DNA from: Squalus acanthias
Lineage: Eukaryota
Length of the DNA: 60,000 bases
NCBI GenBank assembly: GCA_030390025.1
Contig: CM059431.1
Location: 147,128,001-147,188,000, forward strand
Direction of reading: 5' to 3'
Every line of letters starts with the position of its first letter. Position 1 is the first letter of the stretch. The position numbers and the translations under genes were made by a program. The notes below the pieces were generated by a model. The model was given only the letters and a program-made list of their open reading frames with translations, did no database searches and was not told the origin of the DNA. Positions 48,950 to 60,000 of the stretch are shown here, piece by piece.

Positions 48950-49727
48950 TTGGAGCTAAAAAGGATAGAACCGGGTATTTATCAAAATGGTGAAAGCTAA
49001 AAATAGTTCAGGTCCAAAGACACGAGAGGGTCCAGGTTCATAGATCATTAAAATGTCATGAAGAGGTACAGAAAATAATCAAAACGGCTAATGGATGCTG
49101 GCCTTTATATCTGGAGGAGTAGAATAAAAGGGGGTAGAGGTTATGCTGCAGCTGTACAAAAACCTAGTTAGACCACAACTGGAGTACTGTGAGCAGTTCT
49201 GGGCAGCACACCTTAGGAAGGATATATTGGACTTGGAGGGAGTGCAGTGTAGATTTACCAGAATGATACCCGGAATTCAATGTTTAAGTCACGAGGAGAG
49301 ATTACACAAATTGCGGTTGTAGTCCCTAGAAATTAGAAGATTAAGGGTTGATCTTATCGAAGTTTTCAAGATATTAAGGGGAACAAATAGGGTAAATAGA
49401 GAGCAACTATTTCTGCTGGTTGGAGATTCATGGATTAGGGGGCATAGTCAAAAAATTATGGCCAGACCTTTCAGGAGTGAAATTTGGAAACACTTCTACA
49501 GACAAAAGGCGTTAAAGTTTGGAACTCTCTTCCTTAAAGGGCAGTTGATGCTAGGTCAATTGTTAATCTTACATTGGAGATTGATAGCTTTTTGTTAACC
49601 AACGGTATTAATGGATATGGATAAAAGGTGGGTATGTGGAGTTAGGTCGCAGATCAGCCACGATCTCATTGAAAGTTGGAACAGTCCCGAGGAGCTCAAT
49701 GGCCTACTCCTGTTCCTATGTTCCTAA
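48950..49727 (+). mobile_element. CR1 3' end (same subfamily as the 2730-5880 copies)
   Basis: ggtccaaaga...cagaaaataatcaaaacggctaatgg...tcctatgttcct tail. Confidence 0.85.
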
Positions 49728-50084
49728 TGGTACCAGAGATCACAGTTGTGATGGAAAGTCGCCCTGTGCTCGGAGATCAATCTCTCTTAGAAAGTTACCT
49801 TTTTAATTTCCAAGTGGTTTGTACAGAGTATTCTTTAAGAGAGTGCTTTTAATCAGAGTGTTAAATTAGGGAATTTGGAGAGTTTGGGAATTCGGAACAG
49901 AGAGGGAAAGAGGTGTTGATTTTTGCCTCCAATACTTGGAGTGCTTTATGTTACAGGTACATTTTTAATTTTATCTACATAGAACTTAAACTAGATCTAG
50001 CAATTAGCTACAGCAAAACTATAAGCTAAGATAATTAAAAGCATAAATTTTAGTTCACTATATAAATAAAACAAGTTTATAAAG

Positions 50085-53000
50085 TGAGTGCAGTGCACGT
50101 GGAGTGCCGCAACTGCAGCTTGTGTGAGTTAGTGGAGAGCATTGTGATCCCGGACAACCACGTTTTGTGGTAAGTGCCTGAAACTTGAGGAACTTCAGCT
50201 CAGAGTTGTTGAGCAGGAGTCTGAGGTGCAGACATTGTGGGACATCCGGTAAGGGGAGTGCTATATGGACAATTTGATCCAGGAGGTAGTCGCAACTCTT
50301 AGGTTAGGTAGTGGTACAGTTCTGGTTAGTGGTCATGGCTGGGAGTGTGTGACTGCAATGCAGGCAGGTCAGATGACACCAGGTGCAGTGCTGGAGGAGC
50401 GTCAGCCTTTGCCCTTGTCCAACAGGTATGAGGTTCTTGCTGCCTTTGTGGATGAAGGCAAAGTCTGTAGGGTGGATGAACAAACTGACCATGGCAACAT
50501 GACACAGGAGGCCATTCAAGTGGGGGGAGTGAAAAGGAATGTTGCAGTGTTAGGGGACAGTAGAGTCAGGAGGATTGCGTCTGCTCATTGTAGCTGCGAC
50601 AGCGAGTTCCGAAGGCTTTGTTGCCTGCCCGGTGCCACGTTTAAGGATATCTCCTCGCGGCTGGAGAATAATTTTGAGTGAGAGTGGGAGGATACAGTAT
50701 GCATGATCCAAGTAGGAAGCAGGGACATAGGTAGAACTAGGAATGAGGTTCTGCTGAATGAGTTTGAGGAGCAGATTTGGAAAATAAATTACTCAGCTGC
50801 GCAAGAACTATAGCCAAGTGACAATGCGAGACTTTAACTAAACCAGTATTGAATGGGGCAGTGATTGTGTTAAGGGCAGTGAACGGGAGGAATTTCTGAA
50901 GTGTTTGCAGGAAAATTTTATAGCTCAGTATGTTTCCTGCCCAATGAAAAATGAAGCATTGCTGGGTTTAATCCTGGGGAATGAACTTTGCCAAGTGGAT
51001 AATGTTACAGTTGGAGTGAATCTCAGGAAGAGTGATAATTATATCATAAGTTGTATATTCGTTATGGAGAAGGACAAGGTACAATCTAGAATTGAAACGA
51101 ACCTTAACTGCGGAAGGGCTACTCTCAGTGAACTGAGGAGGGATCTGGCGCGGGTAAATTGGAGTCTAATATTGGCAGGCAGAAATGTAATGGAGCAATG
51201 GGCGGCCTTTAAAGAGGAGATGGTTCGGGAACAGTCCAAATACATTCCTACAAGTGGGAAAGGAAGGCCAACCAAAGCCAGAGTTCACTGGATGACGAAG
51301 GTGTTGGAGAGTAGTATGGAGCAGAAAAGGGGGCGTATGACAGATGTCAGCTTGATAATACAAGGGGATTCAGGCTGAATATAAAAAGGTTCAGAGGAGA
51401 ATTGAAAAAGGATATAAGAGGAGCAAAGAGACAGTACAAGAATAGAATGGCGGCTAACATAAAAGGGAATGCAAAGGTCATCTATAGGCATATTAACAGT
51501 AAAATGATTGTCAGAGGACCAGTGGGGCCGATTAGAGACCAAAATGGAGACCTATCGGTGGAGGCAGAAGGCATGGCTGAGGTAGTAAATTAATACTTTG
51601 CATCGGTGTTTACCAAGGAAGAGGACTTTCCCAAAGATATGGTAAACGAGGAGGCTGCTGGAACACTGGGTGAGATACAAGTAGATAAAGATGCGGTACT
51701 GGAAAGGCTGGCGGTACTTAGAGTGGATAAGTCACCCGGTCCGGGTGGGATGCATCCTCGGATGTTGAGTGAAGTAAGAGTAGGAATTGCGGAGGAGCTC
51801 GCCACAATCTTCCAATCCTTCTTAGAGACGGGGTGCTGCCAAAAAGGACTGGACGATTGTAAATCTTACACCATTTTACAAAAAAGGGAGAAAAATAAAC
51901 CTGGCAATTACACACCAGTCAGTTTAAGGTCGATGGCGGTGAAGCTTTTAGGAACAATAATCCGGGAGAATATTAGCAGCTAATTAGACAATCATAGATT
52001 AAAAAAGGAGACTGAGCACCGATTTATTAAGGGGAAATCGTGTTTTACTAACTCGATTAAGTTGGTTGAAGAGGTAACAGAGAGGGTTGATGAGGACAGT
52101 GCAGTTGATTCTGTGTATATGGACTTCTATAACGCGGTTGAAAAAAATACAAATAATTTGGCTTGTTAGCAAAAATGAAGCCCAAGGGATAAAAGGGGCA
52201 GTAGCAGCATGAATAAAAAAAACTGACTAAGAGACAGAAAGTAGAGAGTTGTTGTGAATGGTTGTTTTTAGGACTGGAGGCAGGTATATAGTGACGTTCC
52301 CCAAGTTTCAGTACTGGGACCACTGTTGTTTTTGATTCACATTAATGACTTGGATTTGGAGGTACTGTGCACAATTTCGAAATTTTCAGACAGCACGAAA
52401 CTTGTAAGTGTAGTAAACAGTGCGGAAGATAGTTTTAGACTTCAAGAGAACATAGACAGACTGGTGGAAGGACGGTAACATGACAGATAAAATTCAGCGG
52501 AAGAATGTCTGAGGTGAAACAATTTGGTACGCGGATGAGGAGAGACCATACAGACTAAACGGTACAATGTTAAAGGGGGTGCAAGAACAGAGAGACCTGG
52601 GGGAGTTTTCATAAATGGTTGGACTGGACAAGTTAACAAAGCAGTTAATAAAGGACAAGGTATCCTTAGCTGTATAAATAGAGCCATGGAGTACACAAGC
52701 CAAGAAGATATTCTAAACCTGTATAAAACATCAGGTCGGCCCCAGCTGGAGAACTGTATCCAATTCTGGGAACAACACTTTAGGAATGACTTGAAGGCTT
52801 TGGAGAGGTTACAGAAGAGATTTACTAGAACGGCTACAGGGATAAAGGTTATACAGTTACGTGATTAGACTGTAGAAGCTGGGTTTGCTCTCCTTAGAGC
52901 AGAGAAGAACAAGAGGAGATTTCATAGAGGTGTTTAAAATCATGAAGGGTTCAGATAGAGTAAATGGAAATTAACTGTTTACAAAGGCTGAAGGATCGAC

Positions 53001-53850
53001 AACCAGAAGGAACAGATTAAATGTGATTGGCAAAATAAACAGAAGCTACTTGAGTAAAAAACTTTTTTCGCAACGAGTGGTTTGGATTTGGAATGTACTG
53101 CCTGATACGGGGTGAATATATATACAATTGTAGCCTTCAAAAGCGTATTGGAAAAAAGCTTGAAGGAGAAAAACATAGCAGGGATATCGGGAAAGGGCGG
53201 GGGAGTTGGACTAACTAGATTGCTTTGCGAAAGAGCCGACACATAGAAACATAGAAACATAGAAGATAGGAGCAGGAGTAGGCCATTCGGCCCCTCGAGC
53301 CTGCTCCGCCATTCGATGAGATCATGGCTGATCATCCAAACTCAGTACCCTGTCCCTGCTTTCTCCCCATATCCCTTGATACGTTTAGCCTTAAGAAATA
53401 TATCTAACTCCTCTTGAATATATTTACTGACTTGGCATCAACTGCTTTCTGTGGTAGAGCATTCCACAGGTTCACCACTCTCTGGGTGAAGAAATTCCTC
53501 CTCATCTCTGTCCTAAATGGCTTACCCCTTATCTTTAGACTGTGACCTCTTGTTCTGGACTCACCCACCATCGGGAACATCCTTCCTGCATCCAGTCTGT
53601 CTAGCCCTGTTAGAATTTTATAAGTTTAAATGAGATCTCCTCTCATTCTTCTGAACTCCAGCGAGTATAAGCACAATCGACCCAATCTCTCCTCGTACGT
53701 CATTCCTGCCATCCCAGGTATCAGTCTGGTGAATCTTCGCTGCACACCCTCCATGGCAAGAACATCCTTCCTCAGATAAGGCACAGACCCGATGAGCCGA
53801 ATGGCCTCCTTCTGTGCTGTACTCTTCTAAGATTATATGATCCTATGAGA
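50085..53850 (+). mobile_element. Near full-length decayed CR1 with ORF1 (zinc finger/leucine zipper + SGNH esterase) and ORF2; 3' UTR split by another CR1
   Basis: CRNC...CGKCLKLEELQLRV (~50105-50210), PLSNRYEVL, VLGDSRVR and CCLPGA (ORF 50265). ORF2 pieces at 50905, 51402, 51606 and 52686. The 3' end resumes at 53780-53850. Confidence 0.9.
53241..53780 (-). mobile_element. CR1 3' end with (ATAGAAAC)n tail, inserted in the 3' UTR of the preceding CR1
   Basis: acatagaaacatagaaacatagaagataggagcaggag, closely similar to 47393-47915. Confidence 0.9.
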
Positions 53851-53964
53851 GAAACGAAATTTGCTTTGATAACGCAATGCCCAAATGACAACCCATGTTA
53901 CAATATTTCCTCAGTTGTTACATCTAAACAGTAATCATGATTATAAGAATGGTATCGGCTTCCT

Positions 53965-54370
53965 ACTAGGAACATAAGAGCAAGAGTAGGCCATTTGGCC
54001 CCTCGAGCCTATTGCGCCATTCAATGAGATAATGGCCGATCTGGAACCTAATTCCGTATACCCGCCTTTACCCCATATAATATAAATCTGTCAATTTCTG
54101 ATTTAAAATTAACATTTACAATCCCTTCATGGCCGTTTTGACCTTCCGAAGGTGTGGTGCCCAGAACGGAACACAGTACTCCAGGTGTGGCCTAACGAAG
54201 GCTTCGTATAGTTGTAGCATAACTTCGACCCCATCTATTCTAGTCTTCTAGATAGAACGTCCAGCATTTCATTAGTCTTTTTGATTCGTGTCTGTACCTG
54301 TCCATGAAATGTTTACGATCTATGTACATGGACGCCGAATTCTCTTTGGATCTCCACTGTTTCTAGCTTC
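53965..54370 (-). mobile_element. CR1 fragment running directly into the 23-bp satellite
   Basis: cacagtactccaggtgtggcctaac (VRPHLEYC, reverse strand) continues to tctctttggatctccactgtttctagc. Confidence 0.85.
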
Positions 54371-57300
54371 GGACCTCCACTGTTTCTAGCTTTGGATCTC
54401 CACTGTTTCTAGCTTTGGACCTTCACTGTTTCTAGCTTTGGATCTTCACTGTTTCTAGCTTTGGACCTTCACTGTTTTTAACTTTGGAACTTCTCTGTTT
54501 CTAGCTTTGGAACTCCACTCTTTCTAGCTTTGGACCTTCACTGTTTCTAGCTTTGGACCTTCACAGTTTCTAGCTTTGGACCTTCACTGTTTCTAGCTTT
54601 GGACCATCACTGTTTCTAGATTTGGATCTCCACTGTTTCTAGCTTTGGATCTTCACTGTTTCTAGCTTTGGACCTTCACTGTTTCTAGCTTTGGACCTCC
54701 ACTCTTTCTAACTTTGGAGCTCCACTGTTTCTAGCTTTGGACCTCCACTGTTTCTAGCTTTGGACGTCCCTCTTTCTAGATTTGGACCTCCACTCTTTCT
54801 AGATTTGGACCTTCACAGTTTCTAGCTTTGGACGTTCACAGTTTCTAGCATTGGATCTCCACCGTTTCTAGTTTTGGATCTCCATTCTTTCTAACTTTGG
54901 ACCTCCACTGATTCTAGCTTTGGATCTCCACTCTTTCTAGCTTTGGACCTCCACTGTTTCAGCATTGGACCTTCTGAGTTTCTAGCTTTGGACCTTCACA
55001 GTTTTTAGCTTTGGAACTTCACTGTTTCTAGCTTTGGATCTTCACTGTTTCTAGTTTTGGAACTCCACTGTTTCTAGCTTTGGACCTTCACAGTTTCTAG
55101 CTTTGGTCCTTCAGCGTTTCTAACTTTGGACCTTCATTGTTTGTGGCTTTGGACCACCACTGTTTCCAACTTTGGAACTTCACAGTTTCTAGCTTTGGAC
55201 CTCCACTGATTCTAGCTTTGGATCTCCACTCTTTCTAGCTTTGGACCTCCACTGTTTCAGCTTTGGACCTTCAGAGTTTCTAGGTTTGGACCTTCACAGT
55301 TTCTAGCTTTGGAACTTCACTGTTTCTAGCTTTGGATCTTCACTGTTTCTAGTTTTGGAACTCCACTATTTCTAGCTTTGGACCTTCACAGTTTCTAGCT
55401 TTGGACCTTCAGCGTTTCTATCTTTGGACCTTCATTGTTTGTAGCTTTGGACCACCACTGTTTCCAACTTTGGACCTTCACTGTTTCTAGCTTTGGACCT
55501 TCACTGTTTCCAGCTTTGTATCTCCACTGTTTCTAGCTTTGGAGCTCCACTGTTTCTAGCTTTGGAACTCCACTGTTTCTATCTTTTGAGCTCTACTGTT
55601 TCTAGCTTTGGTCCATCACTGCTTCTAGCTTTGGACCTCCACTGTTTCTAGCTTTGGATCCACGCTATTTCTAGCTTTGTACCTTCACAGTTTCTAGCTT
55701 CGGACATCTACTGTTTCTAGCTTTGGATCTCCACTGTCTCTAGCTTTGGACCTTCAGTCTTTCTAGCTTTGGACCTCCACTGTTTCTAGCATTGGACCTT
55801 CACTGTTTCTAGCTTTGAATCTTCACTGCTTCCAGTTTTATATCTCCACTGTTTCTAGCTTTGGAGCTCCACTGTTTCTAGCTTTGGACCTTCACTGTTT
55901 CCAGCTTTGTATCTCCACTGTTTCTATCTTTGGACCCCAAAGTTTCTAGCATTGGATCTTCACTGTTTCTAGCTTTGGACCTCCACTGTTTCTAGCTTTG
56001 GAGCTCTACTGTTTCAACTTTGGTCCACCACTATTTCTAGCTTTGGATCTCCACTGTTTCTAGCTTTGGACCTTCAGTATTTCTAGCTTTGGACCTCCAC
56101 TGTTTCTAGCATTGGTCCTTCACTCTTTCTAGCTTTGGATCTCCACTGTTTCGAGCATTGGACCTCCACTCTTTCTAGCATTGGATCTCCACTTTTTCTA
56201 GCATTGGACATTCACTGTTTCTACATTTGGACGTCCACTGTTTCTATCTTTGGATCTCCTCTCTTTCTAGCTTTGGACCTTTACTCCTTCTAGCTTTGGA
56301 CCTTCACTGTTTCTAGCTTTGAAACTCCACTGTTTCTAGCTTTGGACCTTCACAGTTTCTAGCTTTGGACAATCACAGTTTCTAGCTTTGGACCTCCACT
56401 GCTTCTAGCTTTGGAACTCCACTATTTCTAGCTTTGGACCAGCAATGTTTCTAGCGTTGGACCTTCACTGTTTCCATCTTTGGACCTTCACTGTTTCTAA
56501 CTTTGGATCTCCACTGTTTCTAGCTTTGGACCTTAACAATTTCCAGTTTTTGACCTCCACTGTTTCTACCTTTGGACCTTCACTGTTTCTAGCTTTGGAC
56601 GTCCACTGTTTCTAGCTTTGGACCTTCACTGTTTCCAGCTTTGTATCTCCACTGTTTCTAGCTTTGGAGCTACACTGTTTCTAGCTTTGGACCTCCACTG
56701 TTTCTAGCTTTGGACCTTCACTGTTTCTAGCTTTGGACCTCCACTGTTTCTAGCTTTGGAACTTCATTGGTTCTAGCTTTGGACCATCACAGTTTCTAGC
56801 TTTGGATCTTCACAGTTTCTAGCTTTGGATCTCCACTGTTTCTAGCTTTGGACCTTCACTGTTTCTGGCTTTGTACCTCCACTGTTTCTAGCTTTGGAGC
56901 TCCACTGTTTCTAGCTTTGGTCCACCACTGTTTATTGCTTTGGATCTCCACTGTTTCTAGCTTTGGATTTCCACTGTCTCTAGCTTTGTACCTTCACAGT
57001 TTCTAGCTTCGGACATGCGATGTTTGTAGCTTTGCATCTCCACTGTTTCTAGCATTGGACCTTCACTGTTTCTAGCTTTGGATCTCCACTGTTTCTTGCT
57101 TTGGACCTCCAGTGTTTCTTGCTTTGGACCTCCACTGTTTCTAGCATTGGATCTCTACTTTTTCTAGCATTGGACCTTCACTGTTTCTAGCTTTGGACCT
57201 TCACTGTTTCTAGCTTTGGATCTTCACAGTTTCTAGCTTTGTAACTCCACTGTTTCTAGCTTTGGACCTTCACTGTTTCTAACTTTGGACCTCCACTGTT

Positions 57301-60000
57301 TCTAGCTTTGGACCTCCACTATTTCTAGCTTTGGACCACCACTGTTTCTAGCGTTGCACCTTCACTGTTTCTAGCTTTGGACCTTCACTGTTTCTAGCTT
57401 TGGACCTCCACTGTTTTAGCTTTGGACGTTCATTGTTTCTAGCTTTGGACCTTCACAGTTTCTAGTTTTGGATCTTCACAGTTTCTAGTTTTGGACCTCC
57501 ACTGTTTGTAGATTTGGACCTTCATTGTTTCTAGCTTTGGACCTTCACGGTTTCTAGTTTTGGACCTTCACAGTTTCTAGTTTTGGTCCTCCACTCATTC
57601 TAGCTTTGGACCTTCACTGTTTCTAGCATTGGATATTCACAGTTTCTAGCTTTGGAACTCCACTGTTTGTAGATTTGGATCTTCACTGTTTCTAGCTTTG
57701 GACGTTCACAGTTTCTAGCTTTGGACCGCCACTGTTTCTAGCTTTGGACCTCCACTGTTTCTAGCTTTGGACTTTCAGTCTTTCTAGCTTTGGATCTCCA
57801 CTGTTTCTAGCATTGGTCCTTCACTCTTTCTAGCTTTGGATCCCCACTGTTTCTAGCTTTGCACTTACACTCTTTCTAGCTTTGTACCTTCACAGTTTCT
57901 AGCTTTGGATCTCCACTGTTTCGAGCATTGGACCTCCACTCTTTCTAGCATTGGATCTCCACTTTTTCTAGCATTGGACATTCACTGTTTCTTCCTTTGG
58001 ACGTCCACTGTTTCTATCTTTGGATCTCCTCTCTTTCTAGCATTGGACCTGCACTGTTTCTAGCTTTGGATCTTCACTGCTTCCAGCTTTGTATCTCCAC
58101 TGTTTCTAGCTTTGGAGCTCCACTGTTTCTAGCTTTGGACCTTCACTGTTTCCAGCTTTGTATCTCCACTGTTTCTATCTTTGGACCCCAATGTTTCTAG
58201 CATTGGATCTTCACTGTTTCTAGCTTTGGACCTCCACTGTTTCTAGCTTTGGAGCTCTACTGTTTCAACTTTGGTCCACCACTATTTCTAGCTTTATATC
58301 TCCACTTTTTCTAGCTTTGGACCTTCAGTCTTTCTAGCTTTGGACTCCACTGTTTCTAGCATTGGACCTTCACTCTTTCTAGCTTTGTACCTTCACAGTT
58401 TCTAGCTTTGGATCTCCACAGATTCGAGCATTGGACCTCCACTCTTTCTAGCATTGGATCTCCACTTTTTCTAGCATTGGACATTCACTGTTTCTACCTT
58501 TGGACGTCCACTGTTTCTATCTTTGGATCTCCTCTCTTTCTAGCTTTGGACCTTCACTCCTTCTAGCTTTGGACCTTCACTGTTTCTAGCTTTGAAAATC
58601 CACTGTTTCTAGCTTTAGACCTTCACAGTTTCTAGCTTTGGACAATCACAGTTTCTAGCTTTGGACCTCCACTGCTTCTAGCTTTGGAACTCCACTATTT
58701 CTAGCTTTGGACCAGCAATGTTTCTAGCGTTGCACCTTCACTGTTTCCATCTTTGGACCTTCACTGTTTCTAACTTTGGATCTCCACTGTTTCTAGCTTT
58801 GGACCTTAACAATTTCCAGTTTTTGACCTCCACTGTTTCTAGCTTTGGACTTTCACTGTTTCTACCTTTGGACCTTCACTGTTTCTAGCTTTAGACGTCC
58901 ACTGTTTCTAGCTTTGGACCTTCACTGTTTCCAGCTTTGTATCTCAACTGTTTCTAGCTTTGGAGCTACACTGTTTCTAGCTTTGGACCTCCACTGTTTC
59001 TAGCTTTGGACCTTCATTGTTTCTAGCTTTGGACCTTCACAGTTTCTAGTTTTGGACCTCCACTGATTCTAGCGTTGGACCTTCACTGTTTCTAGCTTTG
59101 GACCTTCACTGTTTCTAGCTTTGGACGTCCACTGTTTCTAGCTTTGGACCTTCACTGTTTCCAGCTTTGTATCTCCACTGTTTCTAGCTTTGGAGCTTCA
59201 ATGTTTCTAGCTTTGGACCTCCACTGTTTCTAGCTTTGGAACTTCATTGGTTCTAGCTTTGGACCATCACAGTTTCTAGCTTTGGATCTTCACAGTTTCT
59301 AGCTTTGGATCTCCACTGTTTCTAGCTTTGGACCTTCACTGTTTCTGGCTTTGTACCTCCACTGTTTCTAGCTTTGGAGCTCCACTGTTTCTAGCTTTGG
59401 TCCACCACTGTTTATTGCTTTGGTTCTCCACTTTTTCTAGCTTTGGATTTCCACTGTTTCTAGCTTTGTACCTTCACAGTTTCTAGCTTCGGACATGCGA
59501 TGTTTGTAGCTTTGGATCTCCACTGTTTCTAGCATTGGACCTTCACTGTTTCTAGCTTTGGATCTCCACTGTTTCTTGCTTTGGACCTCCAGTGTTTCTT
59601 GCTTTGGACCTCCACTGTTTCTAGCATTGGATCTCTACTTTTTCTAGCATTGGACCTTCACTGTTTCTAGCTTTGGAACTTCACTGTTTCTAGCTTTGGA
59701 TCTTCACAGTTTCTAGCTTTGTAACTCCACTGTTTCTAGCTTTGGACCACCACTGTTTCTAACTTTGGACCTCCACTGTTTCTAGCTTTGGACCTCCACT
59801 ATTTCTAGCTTTGGACCACCACTGTTTCTAGCGTTGCACCTTCACTGTTTCTAGCTTTGGACCTTCACTGTTTCTAGCTTTGGACCTCCACTGTTTCTAG
59901 CTTTGGACGTTCATTGTTTATAGCTTTGGACCTTCACAGTTTCTAGTTTTGGATCTTCACAGTTTCTAGTTTTGGACCTCCACTGTTTGGAGATTTGGAC
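54345..60000. repeat. 23-bp satellite, >5.6 kb (~245 copies), continuing past the window end
   Basis: Unit ggacctYcactgtttctagcttt. Confidence 0.98.

Noticed and set aside
50265..50681. Host SGNH/GDSL esterase gene
   Set aside because: It is the esterase domain of CR1 ORF1, directly upstream of ORF2 remnants.
47393..53780. Apparent identical 5' truncation of two CR1 copies at cttcctcagataa
   Set aside because: The 47393 copy continues with CR1 sequence past that point, so the breakpoint is not shared.
54345..60000. 23-bp repeats as CRISPR repeats, or ORF 57997-58200 as a gene
   Set aside because: Head-to-tail monomers without spacers, derived from CR1.

Overview
Repeat-saturated vertebrate genomic DNA, most likely from a cartilaginous fish (inferred from HE1-like and Deu-domain SINEs, dominant CR1 LINEs and GPR139-like receptors). 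The only convincing intact host gene is a two-exon, minus-strand GPR139/GPR142-like class A GPCR (324 aa, CDS 11705-11636 + 11200-10296). A 5'-truncated pseudogene paralog lies divergently next to it (12349-13024). The rest consists of many nested CR1 fragments (one near full length, with ORF1), a Penelope-like element with minimal hammerhead-ribozyme motifs, an L2 fragment, a Harbinger-like remnant, a decayed LTR/retroviral pol remnant, two tRNA pseudogenes and seven minisatellite families. A composite cassette (1.4-kb unique block + NRF1-motif CpG promoter/first exon + 55-bp array) recurs in partial or complete form between about 15 and 38 kb. The final 5.6 kb is a 23-bp satellite that visibly arose from inside a CR1 ORF2 and already has higher-order structure. 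Repeat boundaries were read by eye and are approximate. No database searches were run.
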